From Octopus vulgaris (lineage: Eukaryota), in the NCBI GenBank assembly GCA_951406725.2, contig OX597815.1:56048001-56112000 (forward strand): a stretch of 64,000 nt of DNA. Direction: 5' to 3'. This document shows, piece by piece, positions 25,501-39,265 of the stretch. The translations under genes and the position numbers were made by a program. Every line of letters begins with the position of its first letter. Positions within the stretch are counted from its first letter, which is position 1. A model generated the notes under the pieces. It saw only the letters and a program-made list of their open reading frames with translations, was not told the origin of the DNA and ran no database searches.

Positions 25501-25989
25501 ACGCAAGCACGCACACACACACACAGCCAGTTTTATATATGTAGATAAATAATGCAAATCCTAAAGAGGGAAAAGTGACACAACAAAATTTATAATTTAA
25601 TTTAGTCTGTTTCTGCAATTACTGAGATTATTGGCTATTATTAAGATCACAGTATTCTGTTAAATTCCTTTAGTTCACACATGGCTTCATGTCAGAAAAG
25701 GTTCGACAGTTAAACAAATTCAATTACATGAACTGTTGGAACAGGTATTTTTTGCAGTTGGATTACTTTGTTAACAATAATCATTCAACTATGAAGTGAA
25801 CACAGTAGTTTAACTGAATTGAAGAGTTTAATTAAAAAAAAAAATTTTAGCCATTTTAACTATCATTAATGTTGTAGCATGTTGAGGCATTTTTTAAAGG
25901 TCGTATTTGGTATTTGAGAAATATCTCAACCACATAGAATTTCAGGCTTTAACCATAAGGTACTAGCTTAGCACTTTCAGTATGATTAA

Positions 25990-26192
25990 CCCTTTTGTTA
26001 CCATATTTCTCTTGAGAGTGTTTCTTTCAATATAATTATAACAAAGAATTTACTAAAATAACTTAGTTATCATTAAACTAGTGTTAGGAACATAAATTGT
26101 GATTAAGGTTTGGTGGAAGATTTTAATTCAGAACTTTTGAAAACAAGACTATAGAGCCAGAGGCTGTTTCAGGTGGGTTGGTATCAAAAGGG
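25990..26192. mobile_element. piggyBac-type MITE
   Basis: TTAA|CCCTTTTGTTACC ... GGTATCAAAAGGG|TTAA. Confidence 0.85.
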
Positions 26193-26234
26193 TTAAACAT
26201 GTGTTAATTACATAGTGTCTTTAGTGTTTGCAGT

Positions 26235-26770
26235 AATTAGCTGCACATCCCCGCAAATGAGTAGAGGCACTTGTGGAGATGCTGCCCATAATTGATGTCG
26301 AGGCCAAGGGGATACAGGTTGCATGACCACCCTCGTGAAATGCTGAAATAGTATCCATCTTCACTGTTCACAAAGAGCAGTGGATATTGGAGTGCATTGT
26401 AGGATCTGGTATGTATATATGCATACTCTACAATATGCATTGTACTGAGTACCCTTATAGTTTCTTAATCCACATCTTATTGCTACCACTTAGCCAATGC
26501 AGTTTGAAGTCTACATCGGTTCATCCATTTAATACAACCTACTTATATCATTTCAGTAGCTGTTTTTTCCAGTTTGAACAGAAGCAATGGGTAGACCATG
26601 CGGGCAGTTGTATGTACCCCAGGAAAGGGGGTTTTCTGCCCACGGGCACCCCATTACTCATTATGTGAAAAATTTTAAGAGTCTAAAACCATCTCTGGAA
26701 CATAAGTAATGTATGTTCCCAGTTTGGAGAAAATCAGTTGCAAACTTCAGAAGTTCTGCGGATTTACACA
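26235..26770 (-). mobile_element. Helitron Rep fragment (copy 2)
   Basis: ORF 26237-26440 reads HTRSYNALQYPLLFVNSEDGYY, matching the Helitron HRSYDALQYPLLF..GEDG motif. Confidence 0.8.
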
Positions 26771-26834
26771 CACACACGCATCCCCAGCTTTATATATATA
26801 GAATGCTTTTTCTGGCTTACATAGAACCAACTGG

Positions 26835-26888
<54 letters not shown>

Positions 26889-28304
26889 TTGTGTGTGTGT
26901 ATGTGTGTGTGTATGCGTGTGTTTGTGCAGGTAAGATTGTTGGGGTGGAGCATACATTCACATGAACAACTGGTTATACATCATGAATGAATGTGTTGAA
27001 GCAAGAGACTTGGTCAAGGTAATTCAGAGAAATAGTACAGCTTTGGAATAAATGACTTAAAGTTGAAATTTTATCATAGTTAACTTCAATCAATTGTGTC
27101 AGGGTCAATAAAAAAGGTACCAGTCAAGTACTGAAGCTGATAATCAACTACTTCCCCTTCTTCCAAAATTGCTGGCCTTGTGCCTAAATCATAAACAAAA
27201 ATTAGTATCATCCTCCTCATTATAATTCATAAGTCAATTCAGAAAAAAGGCTAAGCATAGCATGTTAAACTATATAAGAAATATATTTTGATGTAACAAA
27301 CACCTTTTAAATATTTTTCCATCAGAATTCTCAGTAAAATAAATGACCATTTATTTTGACTATTGAACATCAGAAAAGAACATCTCATCCGTATTATAAT
27401 GAAATATGATAGCATTCAATTAAAAGGACACTATTCTGAGTTAAGAAGCTTTTTAATAAGATAAGCAGAAATAATTGCTGAAAGACATACAGACTGTAAT
27501 ATTTACTGATTGTATGCAGACTATCAGGAGAAAACCAAGATTAAGCTTTGAATTTCTTTATTAACAACCAGTATATTATTATAAACAACTAAAAGGATTG
27601 GCTCTATAACAAGTTTTTAGTAAGTTGGCATATAAACTATTTTAATGATAGAGAATAGATGCCTCTTTGTTTATTTCATCAAGGTAACTTGATAGTATTT
27701 CTTAATTTCTCTAAGATGCCATTTCCTGTTATTTACTGAAAAAGAACACAATTTGCAAAAGTAAACAATAATAAGAAAAATTGATAAATAATAAGACTTA
27801 CATACTCTCAACTTTGGGACATTGTTATCACCTCTCTTAAAGTTAAATTACAATTCAAAGATAGCCTAAAACTAAGACTAAAGTATGCTATATTTTCTGT
27901 GCAAGACGTAGGTATCTTCAATTATTTGATGTTGTTGACTTTGACATATTTATTTATGACCTTCACAACTACTTCAAATCAAAGCATATTTTTGAAGAAA
28001 AGGTAGGATTGTGAGGTAAGAAGTTTGCTTCCAAACCACATGGTTCCAGGTTCAGTCCCACTGTGTGGCAACTTGGGTTAAGCCTCAAGCCAACCAAAGC
28101 CTTGTGAGTGGATTTGGTAGATGGAAACTGTAATAAACGCATTATGTGGGTGAGCATATGCATGTGCGTGTGTCTTTGTTTGTCACTCACCACTGCTTGA
28201 CAACTGGTGTTGGTGTGTTTATGTCCCCATAACTTAGCGCTTCAGTAAAAGACACCAATAGAATAAGTAAAAAAACGTACTGGGCTTAAAAAAAAAAAGA
28301 TATA

Positions 28305-29180
28305 ACCCAAGACCTTCCCCACTTAAATTTTTTTTTTTCATGGAAACCCACGTTTTCAGCTATGGAGAGTCTGATTCTGAAAAAAAATGTTCATCATTGC
28401 TTTGATTGTCATCATCAACAGTGTAGTTAACATCATCATCACTTTTATCATCATTATCATCATCGTTAACTCTTTAGTGGTTATTTTTGTGTTGTTATAT
28501 TCAGGAACATTTCCACAAAAAATATATAACTCACCATCATCATTTAACATCTTGTGGGGTGGGGTCCAGTGGACAAGGGAATGATCTATGGGAAGGAGGT
28601 GCGGTAGTGCAGGTTTTTATAGAGAACCAGTATGGTTACTAGTGAATAAAGATTCCCTTTGGTCATGAATGACCATAAGATTGCACCTAAAAGTTCTCTC
28701 TAGGGTACAAGTCCGGACAAATTTGTTCATAGAAGACCAACAGTCACCCATGCATACCATCCTACCCTCTCCATGCCACCAATGTTATCCAAGGGAAAAA
28801 GCAAAGACTGATACAGCAAAGCATTCGATACAAATGGTAAAAAGTTTGTTTGAGATTTGGCTGTTATTTCTAGCAGGTGAGTAGCCTGCTTGAAGGTCGT
28901 AGAATCGGGAAGGGAGGGGGTAATCTAAATTTTTTTTTTGGAAAAATTGAAATTTTACAAACAATTTTTTTTTTTTTTTTTGCAGAATCATAATCTCCGT
29001 ATCTTACAACGTATTTCGCCCAAAAAATTTCTGAAAAAAAGTGGAAAATGAAGAAATGGGGAGGGGGGCGTGGATTGCAATTTTTGTCAATTTTTTTTTC
29101 TACAGAATCGGAATCTCCATACCCGAAAACGTGGGTTTCCGTAAAAAAAAGTTTTTCAAGTGGGGTCGGGGTCGGGTTAC
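28305..29180. mobile_element. Inverted-repeat-bounded insertion splitting a SINE
   Basis: ccccacttaaa...ggaaacccacgttttc.g.tatggaga.tc.gattctg (28317-28380) is inverted at ~29103-29165; the SINE tail resumes at ~29213. Confidence 0.55.
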
Positions 29181-29879
29181 GTTTCCGTCATGTGCGGCAA
29201 AAAAAAAATGAAAGAAGTACTCTGGCTGATTCCTTTGATTAAAAGTTCTTTAAGGTGGTGCTCCAGCATGGCCGCAGACTAATGAGTGAAAGAAGTAAGA
29301 GCTAAAAGAAAAAATAATCCTGTGAAATATTTTAAGTATCAAAATATTTGGATTATCATTATATTCTTACACCAGTCTCGAAAAAGGGCACGAAATTGGG
29401 GGAAGGGCAATAATGTAAAAAATTAAACTTTTGGACTCAAAAATCTTTCACAGAACTCCATCAATTTCTTGCCCTTTTCCTTCTCCATGAGGTTGTGATA
29501 GCTATTCCGGAAGTCCGCCGATCAGGGATAACACCCGTTCAACAAGACAAAGTGCGACAGTAAAAATCTTCCAAATGTTTCTTTTTTTTTCTAATCAATA
29601 ATTTTTCAACACGACACAACAGAATAAAGAAACAGTTGACTGAATTCACCAAAGGATTAAAATAATACACCGTAAGACACTACGAGCAAATTGATCGTAA
29701 AAATATAAAGAAATTAAGAACATGGCAATGTAACAAGGGAGGTTACCATTAGCTTAAAGCATTAAAATTACGTCCCTTTATTTATCATTCAACAGTTTTA
29801 ATTTATATGCTGCAATTACAGATAGAAAAGTAATTTCATTACGAACGGTTCAAATTATATGCTGTTCTCAATTAGGTAC

Positions 29880-31056
29880 TATCATGTTGAATATGTACCG
29901 GATTTTTGCAGAGTTTTTAATTTGTTTAAACAATTTTTTGAAATTGTTTGATAATACAGACATAGACTTGTCCAAATGCATCAATAAATTAACATTGATT
30001 TTTTTTTTTCACCATTGTAAAATCATTTGAGCAATTTTGTTATTCAACTTCAAAAAAGGACGTAACGCAGCTGAAACTGCTTGCGATATCAACAAAACGT
30101 TTCGTGAGGAAATGACCAGTGATTTCGCAAAGGAGACCTGAGCCTTGAAGTTCGTGACCGTAGTGGACGCTCATCTGTCATCGATGACGGTCAATTAAAG
30201 ACCGTCGTTGACAAAAATCCACGTAAAACCACTGAATTTTGTAAAAAGTTCGCCAGAAAACTGCCTACAACCATTTGCATGCGATCGGAAAATCATAAAA
30301 GCCCAACAAATGGGTATCAGACGATTTGAATGAAAATCAGAAAATGCGCTGCTATGAAATTTGTTCGTCGCTTCCTCTCCGTAACTAGACCGATCCATTT
30401 CTCGACCGTATTGTAACTTGCGATGAATACTAGATTATGTACAATAATAAAAAACGTTCTTCGTGGTAATTGGACCAAAATGAGGCACCAAAAACCTTTC
30501 CTAAACCCGAGCTCTTCAGAAAAATGGTTATGGTGATTGTTTGGTGGTGTACTGCTGGACTCATCCACTATAACTTCTTAAAACCTGGAAAAACCATTAC
30601 TGCAGAAACATATTGCCATGAAATTGTCAAAATGAACGAAAAACTGCTACTCCTTCGTCCCAGACTGGTCAACAGAAGAGGGCCAATAATTCTTGACAAT
30701 GCTCGACCTCACGTTTAACTAATGATGCTTCAGAAGTTGAGGGAATTTGGCTACGAAATTCTTCCCCACCAATCTTATCCCTCAGACCTTTCTCCTACCG
30801 ACTAACACTTTTTCAAGCACCTTGATGGTTTCCTGCGAGAGAAGGAGTTCAAAAATCAAACCGATGTTGAAAGTGTTCATCAGCTCCAGAACTCCAGATT
30901 TTTATGTTACCAGAATAAACAAACTTGTGACTCGTTGGCAAAAATGTGTTGATTGTAATGGTACTTTCTTTGATAAATAAAATTTCCGCATTGTTGAAAT
31001 ATATTGTGATGAATTTCATGTTACAAAACGTTGCTTACTTTTTACTCAGCCTGATA
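29880..31056 (+). mobile_element. Mariner (DD34D-type) transposon with pseudogenised transposase
   Basis: RIVTCDEY*IMYNN; ORF 30470-30718 reads KMVMVIVWWCTAGLIHYNFLKPGKTITAETYC...ILDNARPHV; then PSDLSPTD*HFFKHLD and LVTRWQKCVDCNG. Right TIR ...ttactcagcctgaTA; left TIR degenerate. Confidence 0.92.
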
Positions 31057-32010
31057 ATTTAACGATATGTAAATACGTTTGCCTTTTACCTGACATACAA
31101 GGAAAACATTTATCTTGTCACATTTTAATTGTTTTCTGTGAGTTCAATGAACACAATTTTTGGCTTTCATTCTTTCTACACTAACACTTCTGACGCAAGA
31201 GCAGAAACATACATATGTTGGGATGCACATCATGTTATATTGAGAGATCGACAATTGTAAGGTCTAGCATGTGTAGCCACTTTGAGTGTTTTAATTTGCA
31301 TGTTATCCAAGATAAATACAAATTATTTCCTAAACATGCAATATAATTATACCATTGTACTGTTGAAGGTAACTAAAGTCTCATAACCCTATTGATATAT
31401 TTTCAAGTTCTCTATTTGTGAAAGCTGTGTAGATTTTTTGCAGGGTGTTTAAGTTGCATGGGGATGGCATCTATGTACAAAAGATAACATCTAGTTCACT
31501 CAGCTGTAAAAATGAGTTGTAATGTCACTGGCGTCAAGCTGTAATGGCCTTTGCCTTTTCTATGGATAACATCGGTGACATGGAAAGGGGAGACTGGTAT
31601 GCATGGGCAACTGTTGGTCTTCCATAAACAACCTTTCCCATGTTTGTGCCCCAGAGATGAACTTTCTAGGTGCAATCCCATGGCCATTCATGACTGAAGG
31701 GGGTCTTTACCCTTTATATAAAAATAAACATTACTTTCTATCTTACTGTTAGTTTTTCTTTTTGAAAAATAAAAATTTATTTCATGGCTTATTATTGTTT
31801 ATAATTTGAATTACATATATATGGGATTACCAAAATCTTTTACGTGTTTAAGGCCTATGTGGGTCTTAATCTGTCCCTGGTTGTCACAATGCTAAAACTG
31901 GTATTCATCACTGCAAATTCTACACAAGACACATGTGTTTTGAGGATTAAATGCTAAATTTTTTTTATTCCTATTAAAATTTCAGAATTTGTATTATTTC
32001 CTCTTGCCAG

Positions 32011-32150
32011 CATAAATCTGATAAATCTGGTACATAAAAGATGGGAAACTCTGCAAGAAAAGAAGAAATTGGCCAGAGGTTGCCAGATATTAGAAGTTGG
32101 CTCCTACAGCAGCAGAATGAATATCCATCATATGTATTCTGCCTCAGCTG
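32011..32150 (+). CDS. Candidate exon with start codon (MGNSARKEEIGQRLPDIRSWLLQQQNEYPSYVFCLS)
   Basis: Acceptor ttatttcctcttgccag, aaagATGG at 32041, open frame to donor CTG|GTCAGT; no homology recognised. Confidence 0.3.
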
Positions 32151-33564
32151 GTCAGTTGATACCAGCACTACTAATAACTATGATCATGATAATATGATTT
32201 ATATATAAGACCAACACGAAATGTCAACTAAGTTAGAAACTCTGGAAGACAGAATCATTTGAAGAGACAGACCAATGAAAGCATTCAACATGTAAAAAGC
32301 CTAAAACATATGGATATATATCATATATCCCAGTATGAGATATCTGATGAGTAAAATCCAACATACAACCCTAGTATTGATGCTTTGCAGGCTTTACTGG
32401 CATACAATGGGATCATGACTGCAAAGGCTTCAATTGATTATGGCATCCAAAGAAAACTGGGATACAGAGTAGAATTGGAGAAAGCTGTTTGATATGTTAC
32501 TGGAACATGAAATAAGTGTGGTCTGGAAGAACTATCATCTAGCATAGAGTGTGTTGCTGAGATGGTTAGAAAGTAATACTGGGATTGATGTGGAATTAGG
32601 AGAGAGACTGAGAAATGGCAAAATGTAATTAAGAGGACATAGTAGTTTTTTTAGGCAAAGAAGATTTGCTCTCCAGTAAATCCATAACATAACTTATTGA
32701 GGATCATGGAATTCCTGACCTATTATGATCCGGTTCTAACTGAAAATATTGTGAGGATTAAAGATTAGCAAATATAAAGTGAATGACTCTACATTTGTTA
32801 TTTTTCTGGATTTCAAACTGAATTTATCAATAAGTGTGCAAGTTATAATGAGAGTTACATTTTGGATAAAATAAAAGGTGAAAAATATCATTCAATCATT
32901 GTTTGTGCAGAGCAGGATTCTAGTTGTTATGAACAGACAACACTCTTCAACCATTACTTGGCTAAGGCTGATTCTGAATTTGCAGTTTAAGAACAATATT
33001 TAACCATTAAATGGCAGATATCATCAATTGATATTTCAACCATCATCAATTGACACCTGAGTGTCTACTTCATCAAATATAATTAATCGTAAGTAGCCCT
33101 TATCAATGAGAGAAATCAAGTTTGAAATGGAAGAAGAAATTTTTTCTGACTTTCCTTCATCATGATAAAGTTGTTGTTGTTGTTGTTGATAATGATGATG
33201 ACGACGACAACGATGATGATGCTCTAGATAGCAGAGGAGTGATGTTTCAACTTGCTCTGGATGGATAAAAATATGCTAATTTTTCTCCATTTGTACATTT
33301 GTTTGATAACAATAATGTAGGAATATCAGATGCAAAGGAATGTGAATATTTTATGTCACTTTTTGATAATGAGATTGTAAATTTTATTGTGAGAAAAATA
33401 AGTATAAAGATTACCCTTAAAAAAAAGATATTTTTTGTTTTCTACCTATTTGGCACACATTCATGCAACCCTTTCCTACTGATGAAGGATTAATATTTAT
33501 TGATCATTTTAAGAAAATGATGATAAGGAGAAGGAACTACAGACTTATAACATTGAGGGCAAAT

Positions 33565-35297
33565 GGGAATTCCTGTGGGACAGCTTGCTGAGTGCCACAA
33601 ACCAAATCTGTGGCTGGTGCAAAGTCCTATTCAGATAGAGGGTGATGTGGTGGTGGAACAATACTGTAGACAAGGCCATTTGAGCAAAGAAACAGGCCTG
33701 GAAGAGTGGGGGTAGCAGGGAACTGTATCGGATAGCCAGAAGGAAAGCTAGGAGACAGGTATATCTATCCAGGAGAGAAGCAGAAAAGAAGTTTGCCTTT
33801 GTTCAGTGATGTGAGAACCAAAGTCTTCAAGTGTTTTGGATTGCAAGAGTGTGTGAAAGAAAATTGTGATGTCACAGGAGAGAAATGTGACTGCATGGAT
33901 CATAGTACACTGCATTTAATGATTCTGGAAATGGAAGGCTTGAAAATGCTGTTATGAAAGACTGCTGAGCATGGAGAATGAATGGGAAGAGGAGAGTCTG
34001 CCAACTGTTGACCCAAATGAGGGACCAGCTATCAAAATCAACAGTACCTTGATAGATAAAGCAATTAAGAATATGAAGACAGGGAAAGCCCCTGGCCCAT
34101 CAGGGATCACCGCTTAAAATATCTGGTGGTGTAGGTTACAGTCTAGTCATCCATATTGTAAATCAGGTAGTACACAAAGCAGTCATACCTAATGACTGGT
34201 GTAGCAGCACCATAGTCAACTGCTACAAAGATAAATGCTTTGCCTTAGACAGAAATAATTATAGAGGTATCAAATTGTTAGATCAGGTGATGAAAGTTAT
34301 GGAGAGGGTCTTAGCCCAACTAATTAGGGAGAGAGTTAGTCTAAATGAGATGCAGTTAGTGGCAGAGGTGGATGCTCTAAGAGTGTAGCTGTGAAAATAA
34401 GAATGGGCTGGGCAAAATTCAGAGAGCTGGCAACAAAGGACCTTTCGCTCAGAGTGAAAGGCAGATTGTATGATGCCTGTGTATGAACAGCTAAGCTACA
34501 TGGCTGTGAAACATGGGCTGTGACAGCCTGGGACATGCATAGCTTGAAAGAAATTAAGCCAGTATGCTTCGCTGGATATTCAATATCAATGTGCATGTAT
34601 GACAGAGTTTAAACATCTTGAGGGAAAAGTTGGGCATAAGAGGCATCAGATCTGGTGAGTAAGAGAGACAACTGGTATGGTCATGTGATGTATATGGATA
34701 AGGACAGCTGTGTAAAGAAGTGCCAATCTTTAACTATGGAGGGAATCTGTGGAAGAGGCAGACCCAGGAAGACATAGGACAAGGTGGTGAAGCATGATCC
34801 TCAAACTTTGGCAGTATGCTGTGCTTGAGAAGACCCATCAAGCCAAGTGAAATTGTGGTCGATGCTGGTATCATCTAACTGGCACCCATGCCAGTGGCAC
34901 ATAAAAAGCACCTTTCGAGCACTGGGCCTCATGGAGGGAAGGTGGCCAATGCCAGTGTCATATGAAAAGCACCTTTCAAGTGTTGGGCCTCATGGAGGCA
35001 ATGACAAATGACTCAACCCTTTGGCATTATGCCATGTTTGAGATGAAGACCCATCAAGCCAAGTAAAATCATAGTTGCAGCAGATACTGGTGTCATGCAA
35101 ATGGCACCTGTGCCAGTGGCATGTAAAAGTACCCATTACAATCTTGGAGTGGCTGGCATTAGGAAGAGCATCCAGCTGTAGAAACCATGCCAAATTAGAC
35201 TGGAGTCTTGTGCAGCCTTTTGACTTGCCAGCCCTGATCAAACCGTCCAACCCATGCCAGCATGGACAACAGACATTAAATGATGATGATGATGAAG
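33565..35297 (+). mobile_element. RTE LINE, decayed, RT core deleted, with 3' UTR repeats and (GAT)n tail
   Basis: WWWNN, MKTGKAPGPSGIT, NYRGIKLLDQVMKVMERV, then a jump at ~34355 to the post-YADD region, LHGCETWA, GICGRGRPRKT. Confidence 0.9.
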
Positions 35298-36131
35298 GTT
35301 GAATTAGTGAGCCTGATTATGGTAAAAGTGGTATCCAAGTGTCCAGTTTCTTATTTAACTTATTTTAATGAGATAACATACAGGAGTAGATTTACAATTA
35401 TAACATTAATTTCCCAAATTAATTAGTGTGTAGTTTCTTGTTACATAGAAACTGAAATCTCTTCAGTAAGTCTAGTCACTAGTAATCATTGTTGAAATTT
35501 TACCACATATATTCAAATATTTGTGTGTGTGTGTGCATGCGTGTGTGTGCGTGTGCATGCATGCATGCATGTGCACATTGTATGTATGTGGGTGTACATG
35601 GTTTTAATTTTTTGCCTGCCAAACCATTCTCTGCACTCTGTTATTTTTTATTCGACCAGTGAAATGGTTGCACTTCATATATTTTTCTCTTCACATTAAC
35701 TTTCGTTCCATTTGAGTCATAAAATTGTTAACAATTAAGACTATTCACTTATTATGTGCTGATATTGTTTATTTTTTCATCTTTTATAATATTTATCCCT
35801 GATAGTTTCAAGTCAAAACTATCAAATACTACTAAACATTGTAATACCATGGTGATTTCAAATACCAAGGTGTTTGAAATCATAAAAAATATTTAGTTGA
35901 AGGAAATTCATTTGTTTATATTTTATTTTATCATCTTGTTTTGCAATGTGTATTCATTTATGCTTTTCTTTTCTTCTTTCCTGGTTTTCTATGAAGACTC
36001 TCATTTGAAAAATAAAATCTTCTGTCTCTGTTCTTTTGATTCGTCCTGAAAAAAAAAGCACTTTTTTTTTATTGCCCTGTTCTGTAAATTTTCAAAGTTC
36101 ATGCCCAGTTTTTCAGCGCGCACATATACAT

Positions 36132-36178
<47 letters not shown>

Positions 36179-36478
36179 TACATGCCAGCTTCTCAGATTT
36201 TATCTACCAAATCCACTTACAAGACTTTGATCAGTCCAAGGATGTACCAAAAGATACTTGCCTAGCTTCCACACAAACAAATGGATAGACAAGGTAAATG
36301 AGATTTAGTGAGCAAAATATGTTTGGACAAGTCTTGAACAAATAGGAGCAACATTTATCACTGCATAAGCAGATGAACAACACTGCTTTCAAGACTACTG
36401 CCAAAATAAATAATAGCAAACTCATTCTTTAATGGACATATTGAACAGCATTATGATAGTTTCTCCTGTTTATTTGCA

Positions 36479-37740
36479 GGTTATGGTTATGGTACACAAA
36501 ATGAGGAGGATCAAGCCTCTGGAGTTCTGTGACACAAATGACTTAACCATCTGCCACACTGGCTTCAGGAGACATGATCAACAATCAATTACATGAATGC
36601 AGTAGCCAGATTTTTTACTCTCTAAATGGAACAAAACAGACAGTTGGTTGTGATTACTAAGTCTTTTTCTTGGTGAAAACTTTACCACACAAATTAATGT
36701 TTAGTAACTTAAGAGTGAGAGTTTGTCAAACCCAGAAACAGAAGACAATCTGGAGAAGGAGGACATAGGAGTTGAAAGCTCAGAGAAATACTAAATGACA
36801 CATTCAAAGGGATGATAAAAACCTATAACATAGAACACAACTGGGATTTCCAGTTTGAAGGTGACAGCACTGAAATGTGACTGGTGCAAGATCCCAGCCT
36901 GAAAACTGGTGAGGTAGTGGTGGAATAGTTCTATAGATAGAGCTATAAAGGCTAAGAAACAAGTTTAGGAAGACTGGAAGAAAAGAAACAGCAATAAGCA
37001 ATAGCAAATAACCAGAAGAGAAGCTTCTCATCAGGTATGCTCAGCAAGGATATTATGAAAGGTTGTTGAATGAGGAAAATGCATGAGAGAAATAACTCTG
37101 TAGAGAGACAATCCATTCTAGTTGACAGCAGTTTTATAGCAAAGTCAAGCAAGGACATGAAAGTCAAAAAAGCAGAGCAGGGCATACAGAGTCCAGTAAT
37201 AGAGAAAATTATCATACCTAACAATTGGCATAGCACAGCAGCAGTTACAAGGGCAAATGAGCTGCACTAGAGATGATATTACAGACATTAAATTATTGGA
37301 TGAAGTCATGAAAGTTAAGAAAAACAATATTGTACAATTGACTAATAGAATAATTTGTCCAGATGAAAAGTAATGTGGCTTTGTACTAGGAAGAGGGACT
37401 ATGGCATATGTCAACCGATAGTTTCCATGCTCTACAATCTGGTGGTCACTAGGGAAGTTAAGGGCAAAGGAATAGTTTGTGAGGGCTGTACAGAGGTGCT
37501 GTTAGCAAAGTGAGAGTTAGCAATAAGTTTAATAACAAATTTAGCGTCCAAGTAGGGGTGCACCAGGACTCAGTCCTCAGTCCCACCCTGCTCATTATAG
37601 TTCTACAGGCTGTAACAGAGGAGTTTAAAACCAGTTATCTGTAGAAACTTCTGTAAGCTGATAACTTAATCTGCATAGCCAAATCTGTAGAGAAGAAAGT
37701 CCAAACTTGGAAGCAAAACCTGCAAAGTAACCTTAAATTC
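36479..37740 (+). mobile_element. RTE LINE, strongly decayed (APE to RT)
   Basis: GYGYGTQNEE...LEFCDTNDLTICHTGF; VQVGVHQDSVLSPTLLIIVLQA; L*ADNL. Confidence 0.8.
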
Positions 37741-38247
37741 AGTAAAAGAAACTTATTATGGTTTGAATAAATGAAGCTTGGTTTTCTTGTTAGCATTCAT
37801 TAGGCAGTGAAAATCAAAAATAACAATAGTTGCCAGTAATTTTCAAGAATTTGCCATGATGCATAGAATTTACGAGGGTAAGTAAAAATGTAAGAGGGGT
37901 AGTAATTCACGTTTATCGAAAGCTAGGTTAAGTCCCTTGGACTGTTGATACGTACATTAGGTTGAGTTTCTCTGATTTTCTTTCTTTTTTTTAATGTTCC
38001 GGGCAGGTAGTTTATACTATTTGAAGTATATGAAGTAGGAATTTCAGTATATGAAGCAGGAATTACATACTGACTCACATACAGGTACACACACCAACAT
38101 GATTATACATATCTATATATGTCCACATACACACAATCATTACTAAATATTTAATCTCTCAAAGATAGACACTGTTATCCATATACATACATCCATACAC
38201 TCCTGTACACTCATGTAGGCACTTTTAATGGAGCATATGATTTTCTG

Positions 38248-39265
38248 TGTACTGTATGACGCATGTGTACGAACAGCCATGCTACATGGCAGTGAAACAT
38301 GGGTTGTGACTGCTGAGGACATGCATAAGCTCGCAAGGAATGAAGCCAGTATGATCCGATGGATGTGTAATGTCAGTGTGCATACTCGACAGAGTGTAAG
38401 TACCTTGAGAGAAATGTTGGATCAAAGAAGCATCAGATAAAGTGTGCAAGAGAGACGACTGCGCTGGTATGGTCATGTGGCGAGAATGGATGAGGACAGC
38501 TGTGTTAAAAAGTGCCACACCCTAGCGGTTGAGGGAACCTGTGGAAGAGGTAAACCTGGGATGAAGTGGTGAAGCACGACCTTCGAACTTTCGGCCTCAC
38601 CAAGGAAATGACTAGTGACTGAGATTTTTGGAAATATGCTGTGCGTGAGAAGACCCGGCAAGCCAAATGAGACCATAATCTTGTGGCCTATGCCAGGGGC
38701 GTAACCAACTCACTTATGCGTACCTTTTCCTTCTTTGGACACTAAAACTCTGCTTGCGAAAACCTGATGAGGCAAGTGAAATCAAAATCAAAATCAAAAT
38801 CAAATTCGATGACTGGCGTCCGTGCTAGCAGGGTGCAAAGAGCACCATACGAGTGTGATCATTGATAGAGCGGTTAACAGGCTTCCATGCTAGTGGCACT
38901 TAAAAGGCACCATTCGAGCGTGATCGTTACCAGCGTCACCTTACTGGCACTTGAGCCCCGTGCTAGTAGAGTATTAAGAGCACCATCTGAACGTGATCAT
39001 TGCTAGAGCGGTTATCTGGCCTCCGTACCGGTAGCACGTAAAAGACACCATTCAAGCGGGTTCGTTACCAGCATCGCCTTACTGGCACCTGTGCCGGTGG
39101 CATGTGTAAAACATTCGAGCGAGGTCGTTGCCAGTACCATCTGACTGGCCCCGTGCCGGTGGCATGTAAAAAGCACCCACTACACTCTTGGAGTGGTTGG
39201 TGTTAGGAAGGGCATCCAGCTGTAGAAACTCTGCTAGATCAAGATTGAAGCCTGGTGCAGCCATT
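38248..39265 (+). mobile_element. RTE LINE 3' end with tandem-repeat 3' UTR
   Basis: LYDACVRTAMLHGSETW...IRWMCNV...RRLRWYGHVARMDEDSCVKKC, followed by ~60-bp imperfect repeats and ggttgg.gttaggaagggcatccagctgtagaaac. Confidence 0.9.

Noticed and set aside
26824-26930. Exon ending at a strong CAG|GTAAGA donor
   Set aside because: The body is a (GT)n microsatellite; likely a cryptic site
30470-30980. Domesticated SETMAR-like gene
   Set aside because: Multiple stops and frameshifts, TIR present and no SET domain: a dead mariner
33120-33420. piggyBac transposase N-terminal remnant (EYFMSLFDNEIVNFIV)
   Set aside because: Too short and degenerate, and no TIRs were found
38800-39180. CRISPR-like repeat array
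   Set aside because: Units are diverged tandem repeats without unique spacers, sit in a LINE 3' UTR, have no cas genes, and the DNA is eukaryotic
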